Shown here: positions 1 through 7,255 of the stretch, piece after piece
How positions within the stretch are numbered: the first letter of the stretch is position 1
How the letters are laid out: each line of letters opens with the position of its first letter
The notes under the pieces: model-generated
The model's database searches: none
What the model was told of the DNA's origin: nothing
The model's input: only the letters and a program-made list of their open reading frames with translations
Made by a program: the position numbers and the translations under genes
Sequence record: SRR20825006_1360
Direction: 5' to 3' (one strand)
DNA length: 38,220 nucleotides

Positions 1-54
1 CATTGGTGCCGCAGTGACAATACCTAAAGCGGCGATCATAATGGCTATACGCAT
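1..54 (-). CDS. 5' end of an exported protein (partial, runs off the left edge)
   Basis: Minus strand from ATG at 54 reads MRIAIMIAALGIVTAAPM with no stop; basic residue plus hydrophobic core resembles a Sec signal peptide; purine-rich GGAA upstream. Only 18 codons are visible. Confidence 0.55.
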   Translation of the reverse strand, partial: MRIAIMIAALGIVTAAPM

Positions 55-269
55 GAGTATGTTCCAATTCTTTCCATTATATAACGTTACTGGCCCCCTG
101 AAAGGCGCTAGAACGGTATTAATACATAATGTGAAAATCGCACAATCCCGACGGCGAGTCAAAAGATAACATGTTGCGATACGGTGACAGACACGCATGA
201 GGTGTCTGTCATGTGGTTATATCGCAACAAGTGCTGCCGCAAACGCCCGGAAGGTTACAACCTGTTTGG

Positions 270-884
270 TCAGGTTGGGCTGCCAGACTGTGACGGGTTG
301 GGCTCTGTAACCACGGGAACCTCAGACGTGTCAGGCCGCGATGGGGTCCGGCGCTGCACCACCACAACCGGGGTGGTGGATGAGGTCGATATGGTTTGTG
401 GCGCGGCATTAAACGCAATGAATAGCCCGCTGGCCGAGCTGCGAGCCGCCGAAGCCTGAATGGCGGCAGCGCCTGCTGGGTTGCGGCGCTGTATTTTTGT
501 GCGCACCTGGGCCGCCACATTGCCAACCTTCGCTGCGAGACTGGCATTGGCGTTGTTCACACTGGGGTCTTCAACTAGCGCCAGTGCCGCCAGTGTCATT
601 GCCGTGGCGGATGCATCGTCACTATCAGCCAGCGCGAGACCCATGTCAGCCATGGCGTCGGCGATGCCCGCCAGCATGGCCGCGTTACCGGCCCCGACCT
701 GAGCCGTGGCAAAGGCGCTGAAACCCTCCCAGTCACCCGCTTGCGCCAGCGCAACCAGTTGGGCCTGCACGCCCTGTTGTTGTGGGGTAGCGCTTTGCGC
801 CTGCGCGGCAGGGCTAAAGGTGGGGGAGAGCGCAAGTGTAGCACCGAGCATACCAAAGGCAGCCACTAGAATGACCAGTCTCAT
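270..884 (-). CDS. Exported Ala-rich hypothetical protein with a Pro/Ser/Thr-rich C-terminal tail
   Basis: 204-aa ORF; AGGAG RBS about 10 nt upstream; signal peptide MRLVILVAAFGMLGATLALSPTFSPAAQA; helical Ala-rich body; ends ...TEPNPSQSGSPT. Confidence 0.8.
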   Translation of the reverse strand: MRLVILVAAFGMLGATLALSPTFSPAAQAQSATPQQQGVQAQLVALAQAGDWEGFSAFATAQVGAGNAAMLAGIADAMADMGLALADSDDASATAMTLAALALVEDPSVNNANASLAAKVGNVAAQVRTKIQRRNPAGAAAIQASAARSSASGLFIAFNAAPQTISTSSTTPVVVVQRRTPSRPDTSEVPVVTEPNPSQSGSPT

Positions 885-1081
885 TTATTGAGAACTCCTG
901 ATATCGGGAACTTCTGGCACCATACGCCGAAGGCAGGACGCCCTCGGTCCGGTGCGATGAGCATTATCTCACCTCGTTTGCGCGCACGCGAATCACCTTT
1001 TCTGATGCATTTACACTTGTGGCAAAACCGTGCCGCAAACCAGGCCAAAGACCAAGCCCGAGACCCTACTTGTGGGCAATT

Positions 1082-1099
1082 TAATTTAGTGCTAAAGTA
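1082..1099. promoter_or_regulatory. Imperfect palindrome, candidate repressor operator for the thioesterase/RidA/monooxygenase operon
   Basis: TAATTTAGTGCTAAAGTA (core TTTAG-TG-CTAAA) in an AT-rich patch about 45 bp upstream of the thioesterase start. Confidence 0.4.
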
Positions 1100-1143
1100 T
1101 TTTCAGATCAGCTTTTAACGAACCACCAGAAACCGGGGAATTG

Positions 1144-1608
1144 ATGCCAGTTTTTTCCAAAAACGTGCAGGTGCGCTTTGCCCATGTTGATGCGGCGGGC
1201 ATCATGTTTTACCCGCGCTATTTTGGCCTGATCAACGATCTGGTTGAGGACTGGTTTGCAGACGGCCTTGGGTTCAGTTTCCGTCAGCTTCATCTGGTAG
1301 AAAAACGGGCCGTACCCACCGCTCATATCGAGGTGGATTTCCATGCACCCAGCAAGCTTGATGACAAATTGACATTCACGTTGGCAGTTGAACGCCTTGG
1401 CGGTGCAAGCTGCCACCTGAAGATAGCGGCCACGTGCGGCGACGAGGCCCGGCTGAGCGGCAACCTCGTGCTGGTGCATTTGGATATGGCCACCGGCCAG
1501 AGCCTGCGCTGGCCCGATGACATGAGGGCCAAAATGGCCAACTGGCCAGCGAATAATACAGAGAATGGTACAGAGAGATACCCAGACCAGAACGGAGAGA
1601 GTGCATGA
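1144..1608 (+). CDS. Acyl-CoA thioesterase, 4-hydroxybenzoyl-CoA thioesterase (hotdog) family
   Basis: Motif VRFAHVDAAGIMFYPRYF typical of the 4HBT/YbgC family; ATG at 1144 (TTG 1141 is an alternative) after GGGGAA; overlaps the next gene by ATGA. Confidence 0.9.
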   Translation: MPVFSKNVQVRFAHVDAAGIMFYPRYFGLINDLVEDWFADGLGFSFRQLHLVEKRAVPTAHIEVDFHAPSKLDDKLTFTLAVERLGGASCHLKIAATCGDEARLSGNLVLVHLDMATGQSLRWPDDMRAKMANWPANNTENGTERYPDQNGESA

Positions 1609-2000
1609 AAACCCTGTTGCCGGAAGGCTGGCCACGGCCAAGCGGATATTCAAACGGCGTAATGGCTGAAGGCCGCATGGTGTTTGTTGCGGGCCAGATT
1701 GGCTGGACAAAAGACATGGTTTTTGAGGCTTCGGACTTCCTTGGCCAGCTTAGGCAAACGCTTGAAAACACGCTCGCCATCCTTGCTGAGGCGGGTGCGG
1801 GGCCGGAACATATCACTCGTATGACATGGTATGTAACCAGCCGGGACGAGTATCTGGCAAACCTGAGCGGCATGGGGGCTATCTGGCGGGAGCTGATGGG
1901 CAAAAACTATCCAACCATGGCCTGTGTTGAGGTGTCTGGCCTGATGGAAGCGCGGGCAAAAATCGAGATTGAAACCACCGCCGTATTGCCAAAAGACTGA
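1605..2000 (+). CDS. RidA/YjgF/YER057c/UK114 family protein
   Basis: PEGWPRPSGYSNG...FVAGQIG...KIEIETTAV; this subfamily accompanies aminobenzoyl-CoA degradation clusters. Confidence 0.92.
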   Translation: MKTLLPEGWPRPSGYSNGVMAEGRMVFVAGQIGWTKDMVFEASDFLGQLRQTLENTLAILAEAGAGPEHITRMTWYVTSRDEYLANLSGMGAIWRELMGKNYPTMACVEVSGLMEARAKIEIETTAVLPKD

Positions 2001-2050
2001 GGGGCACCATAGTCCGGCACCTCAGGCTGTCGCTTCGGCAGACCTCGCGC

Positions 2051-2133
2051 TGTCGTCCCGGCACTTGATGCCAGAACCTCATCAAGTAGCGAGGCACGGC
2101 GGCGAGGAGATTCCGGCTTTCGCCGGGATGACA
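2051..2133. repeat. REP-like palindromic doublet 1 (CGTC/TGTC-tagged type)
   Basis: TGTCGTCCCGGC (2051-2062) and GCCGGGATGACA (2122-2133) are inverted (11/12); each arm has its own hairpin (CCCGGCACTTGATGCCAG; TTCCGGCTTTCGCCGGGA). Confidence 0.8.
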
Positions 2134-2207
2134 GAGAGGAAGAGACCCATGGTCAATGAGAGGTTTGGGGCACGGGATGGCAAGTTAGAGGCAAGCGCAC
2201 ACCAAAG

Positions 2208-2327
2208 CGTCACTCCCGCGAAGGCGGGAGTCCATATGCCCAAAAGGGCCAAAAGAGAAAGGTTTTCCATGACACCGATTTTCTGGATTGCCTTCCCCCG
2301 CGCCCAGGGCCGCTCGCCGGGAATGAC
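2208..2327. repeat. REP-like palindromic doublet 2 (CGTC-tagged type)
   Basis: CGTCACTCCCGCGAAGGCGGGAGTCCA (2208-2234) faces a degenerate inverted copy TGGATTGCC...TCGCCGGGAATGAC (2284-2327). Confidence 0.8.
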
Positions 2328-2373
2328 TGGAAGAAAACACACCGCTTCATGCGGACTGTAGTGAGGGAAACCG

Positions 2374-4773
2374 ATGAAAATTACCGTTATTGGCGGCGGC
2401 CCCGGCGGGCTTTATTTTGCGCTTTTGACCAAAAAGGCGCGGCCTGATTTCAAGATCGAGGTGATTGAACAGAACCTTGAGGGCGATACCTTCGGTTTTG
2501 GTGTGGTGTTTTCTGACGAAACGCTGGATGAGTTTTTTGCCGCAGACGATGCGAGTTATGACCTGATACGCGATCATTTCGCCTATTGGCAGGATATTGT
2601 GGTGGAAAAGGGCGGCGACCGCACCATCATTGGCGGCAACGGTTTTGCCGGATGCTCGCGCTTCAAGCTTCTTGAGATTTTATGTGCGCGGTGCCGCGAT
2701 GTGGGCGTGAAGCTCAGCTTCGGCACGCGAGTGAACGCTGAAACGGTGGAAGCGAATTTCAATGACAGTGACCTGATTATCGCCGCCGACGGAATCGGAA
2801 GTGCTATCCGCGACGCGCGGGCAGAAAAGTTTGGCAGCAGCGTTGAGATGCGCAAAAACTATTTCACCTGGCTTGGCTCCACCCGGCCACTGGATGCTTT
2901 CACGTTTTTTTTCAAGGAAACGCCGGAAGGGCATTTCTGCGCCCATACCTATGAGTATGAGGCCGGGAAATCCACCTGGGTGATTGAATGCACGCCCGAG
3001 GCTTATGAAAATTGTGGGTTTGAGAACATGAGCGAAGAGGAAAGCGCGCGTTTTCTTGAGCAAGTGTTTGAGGCAGAGCTGGCGGGCCACGGCCTGATTA
3101 CCAACCGATCGATCTGGAGGCGGTTTCCCCGTGTGCGGTGTGATACCTGGGCGGAGGGTAAAACCATCCTGCTTGGTGACGCCAAGGCCACCGCGCATTG
3201 GTCTATCGGCTCCGGCACCAAGCTTGCGATGGAATGTGCCATCGGGCTTTCAGACAGCGTGCTTGAAAACGCAGGCGACCGGGATGCGATCATCGCAGCC
3301 TATGAAGACAAGCGCCGGACGCCGGTTGAGATCATCCAGCACGCGGCGGATGTGAGCTTGCGCTGGTTTGAGGACATGCCGCGCCACTTCACCAAAAAGC
3401 GCTATGAATTCGCCTTTGCGCTGATGTCACGCTCAAAAAGCATCACATGGGACAATCTAGCCCTACGGGATGCTGGGTTTTTGGCGAAAGTTGAGGACGA
3501 ATTTTACGCCACACTCGCGCCACACAATGCCACGGATTCCGCCACAGATTCGGGCAAGTGTGGCGAAAAAACCGGGGGGTGTGGCATGAGCTTTCAGGAG
3601 GCGCGCCCAACGCCCATGTTCACGCCGTTTCGCTTGCGTGGCATGACGGTGCCGAACCGGGTGGTGGTGGCGCCAATGGCGCAATATTCCGCCGCTGACG
3701 GCATGCCGACCGACTGGCATCTGATGCACTACGGCGCGCGCGGCGTGGGCGGTGCGGGCCTGGTGTTCACCGAGATGACCTGCCCGAGCCCAGACGCCCG
3801 CATTACCGATTATTGCACCGGTATCTGGAACGATGCACAGGAAGACGCCTGGCGGCAAATTGTTGATTTTATTCATGAAAATTCCGGTGCCAAGGTGTGC
3901 ATGCAGATCGGCCACGCGGGCCGCAAAGGCTCCACCAAACACCCGAAAGCGGGGGCAGACCTGCCAAAATCATCCGGCAACTGGCCGCTTATCAGCGCCT
4001 CCGCCATCCCCTTCAAGGCCGGTGTCAACCAGACGCCTAAGGCTATGGACCGGGATGACATGAACCGCATCAAGGCCGAGTTTGTGGGCGCCACGGAACG
4101 CGCTGCCCGCGCGGGTTTCGACATGGTTGAGCTGCACGGCGCACACGGTTATCTGATCGCCAGTTTCCTCTCACCGCTCACCAATACCCGCACTGACGAA
4201 TACGGCGGAAGCGCAGAAAACCGCGCCCGTTACCCCCTTGAGGTGTTTCGCGCCATGCGGGATGCTTTCCCCGATGACCGGCCAATTTCCGTACGGCTAT
4301 CGGCTTGGGACTGGGCTGAAGGCGGCATAAACTGGGCGGATTTGAAGGTCATTTCACAGGCGTTCAAGGATGCTGATGTTGACCTCATCAATGTCTCCAC
4401 CGGGCAAACCGTGCCCCACCAAAAACCTATTTATGGCCGGATGTACCAGGTGCCATTTGCCGATTTTATCCGGGCGGAAGTTGACATTCCGGTAATGACT
4501 GTAGGGAACATTACGCTTCCGGAACAAATTAACACCATCCTTGCCTCCAGCCGGGCAGACTTAGTGGCGCTCGCGCGCCCCCACCTCAACAACCCCGCCT
4601 TCACCCGCGCGGCCGCCGCGCATTATGGGGTCAAAGACCCGCATTGGCCGATCCAGTACAAAACCGGCGAGATGCAGGCGATGCGTGAGGCAGAGAAAGA
4701 TAACGAGAAAAACAGGGAAACCGCGCGCAAACTTCGCCCGCCCCGCCGCCACTACACCCGCGCCTCTGACTGA
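2374..4773 (+). CDS. Bifunctional anthraniloyl-CoA monooxygenase / salicylyl-CoA 5-hydroxylase with a C-terminal NADH:flavin oxidoreductase (OYE) domain
   Basis: N-terminal FAD motif IGGGPGGLYFA, TFGFGVVFSD, GDAKATAHWSIGSGTKLAME; C-terminal OYE domain PNRVVVAPMAQYS, ELHGAHGYLIASFLSP; 799 aa; RBS GAGGG. Confidence 0.92.
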   Translation: MKITVIGGGPGGLYFALLTKKARPDFKIEVIEQNLEGDTFGFGVVFSDETLDEFFAADDASYDLIRDHFAYWQDIVVEKGGDRTIIGGNGFAGCSRFKLLEILCARCRDVGVKLSFGTRVNAETVEANFNDSDLIIAADGIGSAIRDARAEKFGSSVEMRKNYFTWLGSTRPLDAFTFFFKETPEGHFCAHTYEYEAGKSTWVIECTPEAYENCGFENMSEEESARFLEQVFEAELAGHGLITNRSIWRRFPRVRCDTWAEGKTILLGDAKATAHWSIGSGTKLAMECAIGLSDSVLENAGDRDAIIAAYEDKRRTPVEIIQHAADVSLRWFEDMPRHFTKKRYEFAFALMSRSKSITWDNLALRDAGFLAKVEDEFYATLAPHNATDSATDSGKCGEKTGGCGMSFQEARPTPMFTPFRLRGMTVPNRVVVAPMAQYSAADGMPTDWHLMHYGARGVGGAGLVFTEMTCPSPDARITDYCTGIWNDAQEDAWRQIVDFIHENSGAKVCMQIGHAGRKGSTKHPKAGADLPKSSGNWPLISASAIPFKAGVNQTPKAMDRDDMNRIKAEFVGATERAARAGFDMVELHGAHGYLIASFLSPLTNTRTDEYGGSAENRARYPLEVFRAMRDAFPDDRPISVRLSAWDWAEGGINWADLKVISQAFKDADVDLINVSTGQTVPHQKPIYGRMYQVPFADFIRAEVDIPVMTVGNITLPEQINTILASSRADLVALARPHLNNPAFTRAAAAHYGVKDPHWPIQYKTGEMQAMREAEKDNEKNRETARKLRPPRRHYTRASD
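3506..3587. repeat. Long imperfect palindrome inside the monooxygenase CDS (interdomain linker)
   Basis: Nested inverted arms: GCCACAC 3508-3514 / GTGTGGC 3579-3585; CGCCACAC 3518-3525 / GTGTGGCG 3558-3565; TGCC 3528-3531 / GGCA 3553-3556; CGGAT 3533-3537 / ATTCG 3548-3552 (one G-T pair). Confidence 0.7.
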
Positions 4774-4878
4774 TTTTTTCGCTTAAATCTTGAATTTATA
4801 GTGGTTTAGCGGGAAGTTACCATCAACTGTCACAACAGTGATATAGATTGCGATGTGGTCAATTCAGAAGGTGGTTTT

Positions 4879-5943
4879 ATGAAGGTTCTCGTCACCGGTG
4901 CTGCGGGTTTTATTGGTAGCCATGTCGCGCTTTATCTGCTCGCGAGAGGCGATGAAGTCGTCGGCCTCGATAATCTGAACAATTATTACAACGTGTCGCT
5001 CAAGGAAGCCAGATTGGCTCGTATTCAGGCCTTTGCGCGCGGTGAGTTATCTGAGGACATCTACCCCGACGCTCAAAAAAGTGGCAAGCCAACTGGCTCG
5101 TTCAGGTTCGTCAAGATGAACCTTGAAGACCGTGAGGGCATCGCGGCGCTGTTTGAAACCGAAAAGTTTGACGGCGTTATCAATCTGGCGGCACAGGCCG
5201 GGGTTCGTCACTCGCTCGACGCGCCGTTTGACTATATCGACAGCAACATCACCGGTTTCCTCACCATCCTTGAAGGATGCCGCCACAACAAGGTGGACCA
5301 TCTGGTTTATGCGTCTTCAAGCTCGGTTTACGGCGCCAATACCAACATGCCGTTTACTGTGCATGACCCTGCGGACCACCAGGTTGCGCTATACGGCGCC
5401 ACAAAACGCGCAAACGAGCTGATGGCGCACAGCTATTCGCATCTTTTTAATATCCCCACCACGGGCCTGCGCTTTTTTACCGTTTACGGCCCCTGGGGCC
5501 GACCTGACATGAGCCCTTTTCTCTTTGCAGACGCCATTTTGAACGACAAGCCGATCAATGTTTTCAACAACGGCAACCACATGCGAGATTTCACTTATAT
5601 CGACGATATCGTGCGCGGGGTTGTTGCCTCACTGGATACGCCCGCCACCCCAGATCAAGCTTGGGATAGCGGAAACCCTGCTGCGGCGTCATCAAAAACA
5701 CCGTGGCGGATCCATAACATTGGCAACGGCCAGCCGGTGAAACTCATGCGGTATATTGAAATTATGGAAGATTGCCTTGGCAAAAAGGCGGCCAAGAATT
5801 ACCTGCCCCTTCAGCCCGGCGACGTGCCAGACACCAGCGCCAGCGTTGAAACACTGGAAGCCGCAACCGGATACAAGCCAGACACGCCCATCGAGATTGG
5901 CGTTAAAAATTTCGCAGACTGGTACCGGGCGTACTACAGCTAA
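4879..5943 (+). CDS. NAD-dependent epimerase, UDP-glucuronate 4-epimerase type
   Basis: VTGAAGFIG, NLAAQAGVR, YASSSSVYG, YGATK (YxxxK), RFFTVYGPWGRPDM, QPGDV; ATG 4879 preceded by GAAGGTGG. Confidence 0.93.
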   Translation: MKVLVTGAAGFIGSHVALYLLARGDEVVGLDNLNNYYNVSLKEARLARIQAFARGELSEDIYPDAQKSGKPTGSFRFVKMNLEDREGIAALFETEKFDGVINLAAQAGVRHSLDAPFDYIDSNITGFLTILEGCRHNKVDHLVYASSSSVYGANTNMPFTVHDPADHQVALYGATKRANELMAHSYSHLFNIPTTGLRFFTVYGPWGRPDMSPFLFADAILNDKPINVFNNGNHMRDFTYIDDIVRGVVASLDTPATPDQAWDSGNPAAASSKTPWRIHNIGNGQPVKLMRYIEIMEDCLGKKAAKNYLPLQPGDVPDTSASVETLEAATGYKPDTPIEIGVKNFADWYRAYYS

Positions 5944-6076
5944 AACAAGGTAACCCCTTGGCCTAAGCTCTCTTTGCCCTAGTTCCTGTTCACAATTGCC
6001 GCAGTTTCCAAAAAAACTTTGACGGCTTTTGTGGTTTCGCCTCGTATAGAGAAGCGACACAGACAAAGGGGCACCT

Positions 6077-7255
6077 ATGAAACGGGTTATCGAGGCATTC
6101 CATGTGAAACGCGGGTCGGAGCGTTCCATCGGCTTTTTGCAGGTGATTTTGGTTGTTCTGGTGGTGGCTGGCACCATCGGCGTCACCAGGTTGATCCGAA
6201 GCGGTGGCGCCAGCGGCCCCGGTGTCTCCCAATCCCTCGAGCAAGTGGTCGTCGATATCGTCACGCCCATTGAAGTGGCTCATACCCTCAAACGGACCCT
6301 TACCGGTGAAGTTGAAGCGCGCGCCAGTGTCACCATCACCCCGCAAGTATCTGGCCGTGTCACAACCATTCATCCCCGCCTCGCCCCTGGCATGACCGTA
6401 AACGCCAGCGATATTTTGTTTGAGATTGATCCTTTGGATTTCGAGCTGGCGCTTGAACAGGCCGAAGCGCAGGTCGCGGCTGCAGAAGCGGAATTGCTGC
6501 AAACCGAGGCAACCGCAGGCAACTATATTAAAGACTGGAAACGTGTTTTCCCCAGCGAGCCCGCACCAGCCCTTGTCGCCAAAGAACCTCAGGTAAAAGC
6601 GCTTGAGGCAAAATTGCGCTCTGCCAAAGCTATTGTTTCGCAAGCGAAACTAAATTTGTCTCGCACCAAATACAGCCTCGGCTATGACGCGCGCATCACC
6701 GACAGCCGGGTGGAGAAGGGGCAACTTCTTAACGCCAATGGTCAATATGGTTCGCTTTATGCGCTTGATGGCCTTCGCGTGCGCGCCAGCATCACACCGG
6801 AAGACCTTACCTTGCTGCAACTTAGCCCCGGCAAAACCGTAACGCTTTCCAGCGATATGATCGGCGCAGGCCCCACAGACACGGCAATATCGAGCATTGG
6901 TGGCGCGCTGAGTGATAAAACCCGGCTGCAACCGATTTTTGCAGCAGTGCCCGAAGGCATGGATATTGTGCCCGGCGCTTTTGTGCAGATCGATGTTGAA
7001 ACCGCCGTATCCGGCACGCTCTACCAATTGCCGCAAACAGCGCTGGCCACCAGTACGACCGTTTGGACCGTACAGTCCGGCAGACTTCGCCAAACTGACG
7101 TGCAGGTTATTGATGTTGCAGGCGATTATATTTTCACCATGCCTTTTGATGCCCACGACGGCGTAGTCACCACGGAAGTCCCCACAAGCTTTGTCAACCG
7201 CCCGGTTACCGTCCGTAATCATAATGGTCGTAACCGTGATGGGTCACCGTCATGA
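6077..7255 (+). CDS. RND efflux periplasmic adaptor (membrane fusion protein)
   Basis: N-terminal TM segment, ITPQVSGRV lipoyl half-motif, coiled-coil hairpin, PGAFV; overlaps the RND permease by ATGA. Confidence 0.88.
   Translation: MKRVIEAFHVKRGSERSIGFLQVILVVLVVAGTIGVTRLIRSGGASGPGVSQSLEQVVVDIVTPIEVAHTLKRTLTGEVEARASVTITPQVSGRVTTIHPRLAPGMTVNASDILFEIDPLDFELALEQAEAQVAAAEAELLQTEATAGNYIKDWKRVFPSEPAPALVAKEPQVKALEAKLRSAKAIVSQAKLNLSRTKYSLGYDARITDSRVEKGQLLNANGQYGSLYALDGLRVRASITPEDLTLLQLSPGKTVTLSSDMIGAGPTDTAISSIGGALSDKTRLQPIFAAVPEGMDIVPGAFVQIDVETAVSGTLYQLPQTALATSTTVWTVQSGRLRQTDVQVIDVAGDYIFTMPFDAHDGVVTTEVPTSFVNRPVTVRNHNGRNRDGSPS

Noticed and set aside
1021-1035. Sigma54-like CGGCAC-GGTT-TTGC on the minus strand upstream of the Ala-rich gene
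   Set aside because: Only 9 nt separate GG and GC; sigma54 promoters require 10.
1969-2361. 130-aa plus-strand ORF and 86-aa minus-strand ORF (2082-2342) between RidA and the monooxygenase
   Set aside because: The peptides (IPAFAGMT, TPAKAGV, VIPAKAGI) are translations of the palindromic repeats; the plus-strand ORF overlaps the RidA gene, and neither shows a recognisable domain.
2001-2373. CRISPR array or IS element
   Set aside because: The repeats are inverted and heterogeneous rather than regularly spaced direct repeats; no cas or transposase gene is present.
6125-6180. Prepilin-like G|F cleavage motif at the MFP N-terminus (IGFLQVILVV)
   Set aside because: No Glu at +5; consistent with an ordinary membrane anchor.
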